This document shows, piece by piece, positions 9,993-23,000 of a DNA stretch of 64,000 bases. Location: contig OZ037766.1 in NCBI GenBank assembly GCA_964035545.1, positions 13,568,722 to 13,632,721 of the forward strand. The letters run 5' to 3'. The position numbers and the translations under genes are program-made. Source of the stretch: Bugula neritina. Taxonomy: Eukaryota > Animalia > Bryozoa. Positions within the stretch are counted from its first letter, which is position 1, and every line of letters starts with the position of its first letter. The notes beneath the pieces were generated by a model that saw nothing but the letters and a program-made list of their open reading frames with translations, was not told where the DNA came from and did not search any database.

Positions 9993-12900
9993 CCATGTAA
10001 AACTCAGCCAATCAGCAAAGTGTACCAGCTCAATACCCACTATTATAACTTATTTAAAATTCTGCAGGTTCAGTTGCAAAATGCATGCTTCTAAAAAGCA
10101 GCTGTGCAACTTTTTTCAAGTGCATTACTTTATTTCAAATCTTAAATTTATGACACTTTGATTTTTCAAAACATCTAAATTAAGTGTTTATAAAATGCAA
10201 TTGAAAATTGTATGTCTACAAAAATGACCTGGTACAGTTTTGCAGCTTATCGCATAACTCTTAGCTTTATTCGTTTTCTATTATACTAGTATGAATAACT
10301 GCTGTTTACCAATATGCCAGCTGGTGATGAACCACCAGATTTTGGTACAGAACTGTGATTGGCTGGGTTTTTGAATGGTCTTCTAATACATACATCTGAT
10401 TGCCTGAATAATGTACTCTCTGTCTACATTTATATGGTGCAAACTACAGGGTAGTATTATACTAACATTCTGTTTACCAATCTTTTGTTCACAATGGTAA
10501 ATAGGCAATTCGGGAAGGGTTTTATGGCATGTAAGCTATGGAAATTAATAAAGAGGTTAAATCAACCATCACTGCTGCTAATATTGCTTATGCACTGGTC
10601 CCATTATGGTTCTTTCCCCTAAACTTTGAAATTATTTCATTAAACAATAATAGTTGAACCATCTGCAGGGGTTAGCAGTTTACATGTTTAGGCAAAGATG
10701 TTTTATATAGACATTCTATCACCTATAGTAGTTGGCTTGCTGTCTTGACTTATTTAATTAAGGTTATAAATTACCATGCAACAATCTTATACTAAGTGGA
10801 TAATAAACTTTTTGGTTGCAATTTTTTTAAGAGGAGTAAATTAGTTTCACTTATACTTCTCCTAGTCATTTTAAAACCTATTAAAAGTGACCACCTCATT
10901 ACTAGTTATTTGCTGATAATACTTCAGTGTTTAAAGTTATAATGATTTTATACTCGTTGCCAACTTCACTCAAACACAAAATTTATTAAAATTAAGGATT
11001 TTATAGCTACGTTGGTTTGAACCAGCTAATAAGTAAAGCAATAGTTGTTTGTCAGAAGTATTTGTTTAAGTTCATGAATTTATTCAAAGCCTTTTCTCAT
11101 ACAGCCAGCCTACTATGCATAGTTACAACATTATGTAATGCATGTTGACACCCATTATATTTTGTTTGAATGGTGAAGTATTGGGTAAAGCCTTCAGCTA
11201 GTATTTCTTAAAAGTCCTATGGTTTGCTGGGATCTCTGCAATCTGCAGCCACCCTCTATAACTGATGAAGTTCAGTACTTTCATAAAAATTTTCTTACGA
11301 CATTTTGAAGCTGAGATTAGATCACGTAAAAACATCATGTTATAATAATTGAAATTTTTCCACACCAATAATTTATGTGTTTATAATTCATTGAAAAAGC
11401 TTTATATTATTGCTCAACTGTACATTTTACCTCTAGATATAATATGATTAGTTCAAGCTATTGTCTGAAGTTAAGGAGAAAAACAGTATTTTAGATTCAG
11501 AAACAGCTAACTCAGGCTTAGCATAAGCTGCAATACAAGTTTTTCAAGTTATGGTATTGGTGAGCTGAAGAATAGGGTCGTCTAAAATAAATGCATAAAA
11601 AACTTGTACATAATAGTTTACTAAAGCTAAATCAGTGAATAATTGCTTGTTATTTTCTGAGTGAAGGAGGGGGTACATTATCTGAAGAAAAATTGAATAA
11701 GTTGAAGTAAGATAAAATTGCCATGTGACTATATTTTGATCAGGCGTTTATATGAGTATATTAGTAGCTATGATGTAGACTTGCTATAACAAGCTAAAAT
11801 ATATACAGTAGAGAGGGTTGGTAGTTTCCATGGCTTACATGCCATAAAATCCTTTTATGTTCTAAACAAAATATTGGTAAACAGAATGTTGGTATAATAC
11901 TACTCTGTAGCTTGCACCTTGTAAATGTAGACAGAGTGTACATTATTTAGACTATTAGATGCATGTGTTAGTAGTCCATTCAAAAACCCAGCCAATCAGA
12001 GTTCTGTACCAAAATCTGGTAGCTCATTACCAGTTGGCATATTCGTGAACAATAGTTATTCATACTAGTATAATAGAGAACAAATAAACGCCGGCTTTTC
12101 ATGGATCGATCTAAGAGAGATCGATCCATTAAAAGAAGTCCAAGATCGATCTGAGATGGTCGGTCTGTAAAGATCGAACTTAGATCGATCTCAAGGCAAT
12201 AAGACCATGGAAAGACGAAAGATTGATTTAAGAAGTAGAAAAACATTGTTTGCTAAAATGTTGTTCGCTAATGAAAATGATAATTTATTGTTAATTACTA
12301 AGCAAATTACTTATTAATTACGATAGCCACATTTTTAGATGCCAAAGCTTTGACTTTTAGCATTATGATTAAAAAACTCAATTATATAAAATTATAGACA
12401 GTAGAAGGTACAAAAATGGGAGCATTTAAAGTGAATTTAAATGGCTAGTAAAACTTGTTTTTATTAGCTATTTGCTGCGTAATTTTAAGCCTAACAATTT
12501 TGTAAGTTTATGAATAATTTGCAAGACAGCTATTAATTTTATATAAGCTGTTGAGCTAAAAAAATTAAAATTATTATAAATTGGTCAATTTATTTTACAC
12601 TAAAAGATTTGCTACGTATAGTTTATAGCTGGTGTTAATTTTTAGACTGCAACAATTTTCTTTTTGGCAGCAGTACCTGTAATCAGTTAGATGGGCGAGT
12701 CAATAATATTATTTAAAAATTTTTTACTTAAGAGAAGGTAACTTCGTGAGATTATTCTGACACTTTTATAGTTAAATGATCGATTTGAGCACATTTTTCA
12801 GATTGATCTCAGCAAGATCGATCAATGGAAAGTCGGTGAAAGCTAAGAATTATGCAATAAGCTGCAAAACTGTACCAGGTTATTTTTGTAGACATACAAT

Positions 12901-13105
12901 TTTTAATTGCATTTTAAAAACACTTAATTTAGATGTTTTGAAAAATCAGAGTGTCATAAATTTAAGTAAGTAATGGACTTGAAAAAAGTTGCACAGCTGC
13001 TTTTTAGAAGCACGTATTTCGCAACTGAACTAGCAGAATTTTATATAAGTTATAATGGTGAGTATTGCGCTAGTACACTTTGCTGATAGGCTGAGTATTA
13101 CATGG
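9993..13105. repeat. Long inverted repeat, arms 9993-~10548 and ~11822-13105 (right arm interrupted)
   Basis: 12839-13105 is the reverse complement of ~9993-10268 and ~11822-12088 of ~10266-10548, with scattered substitutions and indels. Confidence 0.85.
12089..12838. mobile_element. MITE, 750 bp, 24-bp TIR, 3-bp TSD
   Basis: Left CGCCGGCTTTTCATGGATCGATCT vs right (rc) CACCGACTTTCCATTGATCGATCT (20/24); AAA on both sides where the uninterrupted arm has a single AAA; subterminal GATCGAT repeats. Confidence 0.85.
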
Positions 13106-13117
13106 TGATGGTCTATT

Positions 13118-13136
13118 GGGGGGGGGGGGGGGGGGG
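13118..13136. repeat. Poly-G tract (G19)
   Basis: Direct read. Confidence 0.9.
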
Positions 13137-13153
13137 TCGTCTAAGTGAAATAT

Positions 13154-13566
13154 TGTTGTGATTTTGTGGATTATCAGAATAGACTAGTAGTCTGCATGCC
13201 AGTTATTGTGATGAAAATAAAGAGTCTTGATTCAAGTGAATATATGAGTATTTATTTCTTCTGACTGTTCCGAGCTCCAGCATAAGAATGATTGCTCTGT
13301 TAAAAACTTCGTACTTATATAGGGGGAAATTCCCGCCACTTAATGAGGGACCGAAACTCGTGCGAACGTCGGAGTTCCGCCGACCGACATCGGAGGAAGA
13401 CCTGCCCGATCTCGGGCAGGCCCCTCCGATATCGCGTCCTCGGGCTCCGACCTCGCACGAGTCTCGGCTTACATATAATAATAATAATAAAAAAAAGGAA
13501 CGTGCGCAAGGGAATATAACTCTAAAATAAAACAAGGACAGGGTATATTTGTGCGAATCTACAACA
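13154..13566 (-). mobile_element. Solo LTR (Gypsy-like), 413 bp, minus orientation
   Basis: Termini TGTTGTGATT / (rc) TGTTGTAGATT; ATAT flanks at 13150-13153 and 13567-13570; on the minus strand TATATAAG (13321-13314), Inr TCATTC (13291-13286), AATAAA (13256-13251). Confidence 0.7.
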
Positions 13567-13952
13567 ATATTATACCAACATATTAAATTTAATATTATAA
13601 TTAATATTTCAATGGACAGAACACTTTGATGATGGTATTAAAACATATTGATAATTGTCTAACACATCATTATTAGTTTTTAAGCTTTAACTTGAATGTT
13701 CGATTGAAAAATATGGATTTTACAACACCACTTACCACTAAAGAGTTAATAGATCACGCTGATAACCACGAGGAGCGACAGATTTGAGAAGGTGCGAGAT
13801 TAAATTTACACAAACATGTGAAACTTTAACGTTAGCACAGAGTTATCTGCCCTTGAAACGGAAATTTAGGCAGTTGATCCTAACACAACCTCTTTTCGCG
13901 TGACAACAAAAATGCATAACCAAAAATGTAGACGTCAATTCCCGAACATCTT

Positions 13953-13967
13953 GTTGCCTATGGCAAT
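13953..13967 (+). promoter_or_regulatory. RFX X-box in the SPEF2 promoter
   Basis: GTTGCCTATGGCAAT, near-palindromic X-box ~100 bp upstream of the ATG of a ciliary gene. Confidence 0.8.
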
Positions 13968-14065
13968 CACTCGACGACTTCTTACGCTTTTAAGAGGCGT
14001 GTAAAACTTAGAAATTTTACGCTTAGTTTTACTGTAGGTATGATTTGAAACTTTATTAGAACAAA

Positions 14066-17000
14066 ATGACGGACATCTTGATAAACTGGCTAAATAACGA
14101 TGTGAAGCTCTCAAAGAAAGTTGGTAAGAATCTTTCGAGTGGATAACTATGTATATTTTTTTATTATTAATCTCAATCTGAATTCTTCTCGACTCACACG
14201 AACTCACTCACTAAAATTCAAATTCAAATTGTACAGTAGTAAAATAAACTAAACCTACCTTTGCATTGTTGTTTTTATTAAAACTTATAGAATAATTATG
14301 GCTATATTTTTATATTTTAGGTAAAAATGGCACAGTAAAAATAGCAATGGAAGTAATCATAATCATAGTGTCAATCATAACCATAATGATAATGGCACAA
14401 ATGGTAAAGTAGGTAAAAATGGCACACTGATGTTAAATTTGTCCAAATTTTAAACTCAAACCCTCATTTTAAAACCTATACCTCCCCCCCCCCCATTCCA
14501 AATCCCCAACACCCACCCCAAACCCTAATGTTGAAAATGTGCCATTTTTACCTACGACTACTTTGCCATTTGTGTCATTATTACCTGTGATATTTTTACT
14601 GTGCCATTTTTACCTACTTTGCCATTGGTACCACTATTACCTGTGACATTTTTACTGTGCAATTTTTATCAGACACTATATTTTTAGCATAACTATAACA
14701 ATATGTAAGTTATATATACTTAGTATAGATATAAGTACCGAACTGTATCCTGATGTATCCTACTTGTACTACTAGTGGTAGGTGTACCATATTTTAATTT
14801 ATATTAATAAATTTCCCATTTCATGATATTATCAAACTCACGGTTAGATAAATTGTGAATAATCAGTGTCATAATACAAATATACCATACTATATTTATT
14901 CAACACACAAACTTCACTTTCTTAATATAAAGCTCTGATGATTTCATTTTGTACTAATTTTCGAAGTTTTGGTTTAAGCTATGAAACTTTGACATTTAGA
15001 CCAAAGGTATATTTTAGTTACCCTTGCTTTAAGTTTATTGAAAACACGTAAATTGGTTAATGTTTTTTTAACAGATTCACACAGCTTTGCTGAAGACTTT
15101 GCAAATGGGTATTTGTTGGGAGAGGTTTTGCATAAGTTCCAATTGCAAGATGATTTTGACCAGTTTTCTCAAAACAAGTAAGAAATCTAATATTGTATTA
15201 TTCAAGTTGATACACCATAATTTGGTTTAATGTATGCAGTTTTTTGTTGCACAGTTTAATATTTTTAATTATAATTTAAATATTTTAGAAAAAGTGAGTC
15301 AAAACTCAACAATTTTACGAGAGTTGAGCCAATACTTAGTTTGCTAGGAATACCCTTTGACACCAATAAGGCAAGAGATATTATGACTGAAAAGCATGGA
15401 GAAGCTACTAAACTAATGTATCAACTGTTTATTGCTCTGAACAAGAAGCGTGCTGCTGGCCTTACTGGTGCAGCTATGGAAACAATGAGGCCTACAGCAC
15501 CAGCTAAACTTGACTACATGAAAAGTCTTATATATAAGGAGGTTTGTGATTGTATTGATAGTCTGTGGTATAAAGAAGCTATAACTAATTTGAAATATTT
15601 AGCCACATGCTATTTTACAGCAAAAATCATATTTTGAATTGCTCTTAACACTCATACTAATTTATCTGCTATATATAAAATGGCCAGAACTAAGCCAACA
15701 AATTGGCTTAGGAATCTAGTTGCTTAATCAATGCAAAAGTTAAACTGTACATTAAAATAATTGTGTAATAGTTGCTTCTATACTCAATTTAAAATCCTAT
15801 AGTACATGTATAAATATGTATATGCAAAATTTATTTTTAAAATTCTTCACTGCACTTTTTTTAAACAGAGACTCAAACATCTGACACCAAGACAGGCGGA
15901 TTTAAATCTGGATGCTCTGCAGAATGAATTCAGGCAAAAAGCTGTTAAACTTGAGAAAACTGCTTTCCGTCTAAAAATGGAAGAAGAAGATAGAATTCAG
16001 CGAGAAGTTCAGAAACGGAGACATGATTTGATGGAAAAAAGGCGTCAAGCTCAGGCTTTGATGGCTGAAAGAATTGCAAAAATTCAGTAAGCTGTCGTTA
16101 TAAGTCGCTGCAGAAATTAAAGTGCTGTGAATTTTACCTGTAGCATTAGTGCCGATTCTCTTTCATGTAAAATAGTTAGCATTTGTAAGTAACAACTGAC
16201 TTAATAATATTTTCACAGCAGGCAGGGATGTAATTGTATATAATAAAAGTTAAAACTATGTTAATAAATTTCTTATAGTTAATTGGTGAGAGCAATTCAC
16301 TCATAAATTATTGCGGTTTTCAATATATCTATAACTTTTAGTGGAATTTGACGTTGGACAGTAGCGCCAGCTGTATACAAGTGCATGTATGTAGCTGCAA
16401 GAATATATACTAATAAGCCATACTTAATTCTGTTTAGTGCTGCGAAAGTAGAAATTCCCGTTCCTCCTGCCAGAACTATCCAGCTTATTAATGAGAGAAG
16501 ACAAAACCAAAAGCTTCAAGAAATAAATGTAAATATATCTAAATTTTTGTTTAAAATAATAGACATTTGTAATGTTTATTTTGCATGTTAGTATTAACTT
16601 TTGGTTAATAAATGCAGTTTATTTTTCCAGAAGTCTGTCTGTTTTGTAAGGTAATAAAATGCAAGTATAACCTAAGAGGATAGAATAAGAAATAATGTAT
16701 ACATATGATGAAGTGCTCTATTTCTATTTCCTTGTGGTTAGTTGTGCTTATAGTGCTTGACTTGATTTACAAGTACTCTTAGTGCGTTACTGAATGCCAC
16801 AGGGTACACTTGAAGATATCGCCAAGTTTGAAATGAAGCTAGCAGCCGTTCTGCCTCCATCTAAAGGCTTAGATCATGGAGATGTGAGTGAGGTGATTCG
16901 GCAAGAAAATGAGCCGTCAAACCAGGTACATGTGTATTCAATGTATATTTTAGTTTTGGTCATTCAAATATTTGGTACACTGCTTTTATGATGACATACT

Positions 17001-20000
17001 CATTTATCATAAGTTTAAAACACGTAAAGTATATTTCTGCTATGGTTTACCTTAAGATAAGATATAAAATTAACTTATAACATAGTTTTTTTAGATATTA
17101 ATACCCGTAAACTAATTTTTTATAGTAATGAATAGCTTATAGCACTTTTTGTTGACCAGTGCAACTTTTTAGCATACAGCCAGTTTATAAGGTTAGATTG
17201 CTCATTGTTATATATTACTACACTTGACTTGGTAAACTACCAGTAGTGTCAGTGTGTCACATATAAGCCCCATCCTTTTCAGAATTCTTCACAAATTGAT
17301 ACTAAATAGTTTACTCTAAATTATATATTGTTAATTGATTTATTGCTATACTTTTTTTTATAGTTTTTGCTTACATTTCAACTTTTTAGCTCCATTCTGC
17401 ATCATAGTCTAGTAACATTGCAACTTAGTTTTTAGAATGTACTCGAATTTAATTATTTGAATATGAATTGGCCTCACATATACATGAAAAGGAGCTATAA
17501 ATAATATATTTATTTTCATTGTGCATCTATTTTAGATAGATGAGCTGGAATATCTAAAACCCAAGTCTAATGAAGCTTACATTGGCATTATTAGGAAACG
17601 TCTGAATGAAGATGAGTCAGCCCGAAATGAACGGGAAAAGCGCAGACGCAAAGTTTTAGTTGAGCAGCAGAGAGCTCATGAGGCTCAAGAGGTATATTTT
17701 TATCATAGACAAAGCAAGTTAGAACTGTCCTATACATTTAGCCTTGTTTTTTTTTCAACAATCGGCATTTTATAGAAAATTGAACTATATACGAGTAAAT
17801 AGCACAAAATACTACTTCTAGCCAATACTGGTTCACTGAATCTGTAGCTCTTTGGATAATTTTGATTAGAATATCAGGCTAATAGTATACTGTTAAGTTT
17901 ATTATTATAAAGTATAAGGTGTACAGCCTGTAAGCCTAACTGTAAGCCGACTGTGTTTGGGCTTGTATACATGACTGTGCGTGTGTATATTAATCTGCCA
18001 CTTTCCATATTATGATTTAGGCTGAATTGGAAAAAATATTCAATTTTTGGCAATACATATTTTGAAATTTTACGTTTATTTATATTGCTTATTATATTGA
18101 AAAGAATGATAAATGAAAAAAACTGGTTGTGTGAAAGTTTATTGACAGAATTCCGAAGCAAAAACATTCGTTGATAAAATTTTTACTTTTGCTGAAAATA
18201 TTGCACTTCATCAAATTGAAGTGTTTTTTCTCTCAAGTTATGACATTAGTTTATATTATATTGAATTATAAATAATGGCATGTAAGACAATGTTGCACAA
18301 TAGTGTTCTGCAACATAATAGTGTCATAATTCTCCAATCTCACTCTATTTAAGGATATTCACAATGCCATGTAGTAGTGTGCATTATAGCATAATGAAAT
18401 ACAGTATGATACACCACTGTGAAAAGCAATGTTCTGCAATAGAATGAAGAGCTATACCATGTAATGTGGTGTAATGCAATACAGTGCAATGTATCATTTT
18501 ACAATGCAATACTAAGCAGTACAATGTGGTGTAATACAATACTATGCAATACAATGCAGTACATTAAAACACAGTGCAATGCACTATTTTGTTAGTGTAT
18601 TGTGTCATTGGGTTATATTTGGTGCTCAGGAGAACAGAAGAGAGGAGATGTTAGTGAACCGATTGATGAGACAGTCCCAGCAAGAAAGACGTATTGCTGT
18701 TCAGCTGCTACAGACTAGACATGAGAAAGACATCATTAAACAGAATAGACTGTACAGAGAAAAGCAGTATGAGGAAAGACGTCTGCGTGAATTTGAAGAG
18801 GCTTTAAACAGAGAAGCTGTATGTATCACGTTGTGTTTGGTTATACGATATTGTGTTGGATCCTGTTAAATTTGCAATCATGTGTTTATGTTTGTGTAGG
18901 AACTGGCTAGACTAGCAAAACTGGACTATGTTGAGCAGACAAAGATAGACGAGCAACTACATGCTCAAATAGCTGCTCAGCGGGCCGAGGCTCGATACAC
19001 CCGCCATTACAACATGTGTGCTGAGGTACTCTCGGAGATTGTGGATGTAGCTTGTAAGGTGAGTAGGGTCTCACTGCTTCAAATGGTACGCCATATTATG
19101 TAACAATTGTGTGTATGCTGTATCCATCATTGCTTCAGGTTGGTGAATACAGAGAGTTGACCGAAAAGCTGGTACCTGTAAAACTCTGGCGTGAGTGGAC
19201 GTCACTCTTTGTGTCTGGGCAACCTTTGTATGATCCTGTGGATGCCGCTGCATCTCCTACTCGCCAGGGTCCCACTCCTGCTGATGTGCTAGAGCACGAG
19301 AGGCAGGCTGTGCTGAATGAAGGGGACTTTCAGGAGTATAAGGTAGTATAATATAGCATTAGACCACCTGACCTAGCCTCTCCGTCCTTAAGTACATTGT
19401 CCTTATGTGAATGAATCATATTTTGCTGCTAATGATGTTTGTTGTCACATTATTGTAATAGTATCAATACATGTGTATTTTTCAGTAACTCTGTAGAAAG
19501 TATGGGGTCTGAAACAGTTGTAATGTTTTGCAGGAGATGACAGGTGAATGGGTTCCACCCGAAGGCTGTGAAATTGCTGCTCCTCCACCACCTAACCCCA
19601 TCGTCGGTCATGTTATAAACAGAATTTTCAATATGGTTCACCCACCCTCTGTAAGCAATTGAACTTTTTGCTATTCTCATTATTTTTAATGTGTTGAATG
19701 TTAAGAAGTATTCAAACCTAAGGCAAGCTTTTTATTTGTCAGTTTATTTGTTGGAAATGTCACATGCCATTATCTGTTCCTGTTGTCTTGAAAATGCTTG
19801 AAATATCTACTAAGTAGACTACTGTCTCTTGCCAAGTAAAACAACACAAATTAAATTCTCTTCATTTAATATAATTATCTTAATTTAATATAATTATTGC
19901 AATAGGTTCTACTTCATTATGTAACACTATATCTCTAAAAAGTCATAATTATACTTTATTAATAGAATTAATAACCTTGTGTTATTCTACCACCATTAGT

Positions 20001-23000
20001 ATTTACGGAGTAATATTTACCATATTTAGCTGTGCTAGTTATTTTGTATTTGCAGCTGCTGGATACTGAAGACCCAACTAGCTCATTGCCGACTGAAACC
20101 ATTTGTCTGTCACACTATGATTTTGTAGTTTGGACCCCTAGTGGTAGTTTATTTGTTTATGTTGTTAAATTGCGTTTTGCATTTTTTCAGCCTCCACCAG
20201 TAGCACCTGAATTTCCCCCTTTCCCCATCAAAGCATGCATTTTAGGGAAGTCTTTCAGTGGCAAGTCTTCAACAGCTCAAAGGCTGGCTGATGGTAAGTT
20301 TTATGTTGGAAATTCCCATTAGGTAACTCTTCCAAAGACAGGGTCATAACAATTGAGTGCTCTCGCACTTTCAAGTTTGACTGACGCAATTTACTCATAA
20401 TTAGTCTGTACATTCTTTAATAGACACAAAATGTTCTCAAAAATTACTTCACCAATAGTAATATATATAATTGTATGCAAAATCTAAACTTGTAGGTTAT
20501 CAGATATTGAAATTTTAGTTCTCTGATTTATTATGTAACCATGATTGCTTTATATTTGCCATGTCAACATTGGTATAATATCCAAAGCAAAGCATTGAAT
20601 ATAATTTTCAATTAAGGCAATATAACATTGACACTTTAAAAGTCTTGTACCTACAGTTGTTGAAGTGAATTGTGTTATTTAAGACTGCTGTTAGCTAGTT
20701 GTTGTAGATTATAGGTTAATGGGTCTACTCTCGTAATTCCAAATCCCATTTCTATACAGTTAGAATAACTCTGAATATTCAATTCATAAAGTAATAATTT
20801 GCTATTTATTTATTGCCAGATCATCCGTATTATGATCATGTGCAGCAAATATTTCAGTATTACCTGAAGTATAGAATAGGTTTGTATAAGGAACACAACA
20901 TTATAATACATGCAAATTTAGTTTACCATTCCCAGTAGTAAAGCCTCGTTAGGTAGCTCCTCATGTTATAATTAGACTGTTGTTACACATTAGACACCAA
21001 AGTTTCACCAACACCATCATGCTTCTGTAACTTGGTCTTTTCCATCTTTATAAGGAAGTTTGCATGTATTCTTTATAGTATTTATTTAAGACCACAAGCC
21101 CAATTTTTATACTCAATAAATTGCTTGTTTATCAGCAGGTTGTAATATATATTTATTGGTTAAATTGCAAACTTTTTGGGCGTAGTTCTAAAACCTTAAT
21201 TTTGTAAATCAGAATATGAAATTTATTTAAATTGATTATTCTAACTATGGTAAGGATCACAACTTTAGAGGCGTAAAATTTGCTTTACATAAATAGTTGT
21301 TGAATTGCATTGTATAAAAGGCCACTCATTATAATAGAAGGTATATCAGCCAGTTGACCTGATTTCATTACAGAGTAAAATGGCGCTGGTGTCATGTGCT
21401 GATATAACACATGTTCTTGTAGCGCACAGACTTAGAGTACTGAATGTGGATGACGCTGTGAAAGAGGCCATAGAAGCACATAAACAGAATGAGGTTGTTA
21501 CTGTGTCTAGAGTGGGGAGCCAGGAAATGGTGGAGGAGAAACCTGAGCCTACTGCAGGTATCATCACTGTAGCAACTACTGTAAACAACAAGTTCACGGT
21601 CTCTGTGGAGTCAATTAGTTCATTTTTAGTAGTTATGGAATATGTGCTATTGTGTTCTACAAATTGCTTTATAGTTAATCATTTACCAGAGCTGAGTTCA
21701 AAGCTCATTGATTCAACTACTTCCTGAGTTGGGAGTTAGAAATTTCTTGACTTCATTCAGTTTGATTTAGATGCTGAGAGGTTTACAAATCTCTCATATG
21801 TTCTAGAAAATCTGTCGACTGCACCACCTACTGCCCCTGAACCAACAATAGTAGTGGACAGCTCTACAGCCTCAGCAGCAGCGGGTGTCCCTGAACCAGC
21901 CCCTCCTTTGCTCTCTGAGAACAGTGAGTTGGATTTCTTCTGCTTTACACATTTACACTAAGCTCTGCTTTTAGGTATTCACCAATAGCAACATCGTATG
22001 TTAAAACACTTGGAAAAGTAATTTAATTTTAGTAACTATTTTCGTTTAGTTGCTGTAGTGGAGAAGTTTTAAAAGCTCAAGTTCTCTAAATTTTTGTTTG
22101 GACATGGGTTGAAATTCTTGCTTGAGCACAACTTCTTTTGCTAAATTTCCACACTGAAACACAGGCTCTGCTCACAATTTCATTGTTGGTGTAGGCAAGT
22201 CTGACTCGACACTCAAGTCAAGGGGTAAAACTCGAGGAACAACCAAAGCAGAAGAAGACACGCCCACTGTTCGAGCCAAGCTTGGAGGAAAGGCTATGCG
22301 GCTGCTGAAGAAAGGCAAACCAGTAGATGACCAACTTTCTGTTGACATCTTGGCTGAAGCAATAAGGTGAGCTTACTATATGCTATTACTTCACACTATT
22401 ACTATTGCTATTGATATATATTATTACTATATACTGTTACTATTACTATATACTATTACCATTACTATATACTGTTACTATAAACTATAGTCTATGATAC
22501 TAATTGGTGATATAAATATGTAATGCATAGAACATGTAGGGCAGTGTTACTTACTTAACAAATGGACCAGCATACTTACTCTTATCTGCATGTACTGTAA
22601 TTTGATATATCACAGTAGGCTATATAATGATATAATATATATTATATAATATAATACGAAATCATATGTTGTAAAGAAGTTGCTTACAGCCTTTGTTGGT
22701 CACTGCCGTGATCCTGTGTGAGTGGCGGTCGCTTACAGCCTTTATTGAAATTTTGAAATTGAAGTCAAGCCTTTTACTGTGCATAGGGCTATACCAGAGG
22801 GTACAGGGTGGATCATAGATGGCTTCCCCACAACATACACTCAGGCTAAATTGTTGGAGAAAGCTCTCAGTGGATTTGATGCCGGCAGCAAGTGAGTTTC
22901 ACTTTTATTCACGATGAGATGTGTCCAGGTTTATAGCATTCATATTGTGCCAGCGGTAAGCTGCTGTCAAACTACCTATCAGAGAGATAAAACTTCGATA

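Noticed and set aside
13351-13467. Parvovirus/densovirus terminal hairpin
   Set aside because: No NS1/Rep or capsid remnants nearby; TG..CA termini, flanking ATAT and TATA-Inr-AATAAA fit an LTR better
13203-13535. Overlapping GC-rich ORFs on both strands
   Set aside because: By-product of the GC-rich hairpin within an LTR; no recognisable domain or splice context
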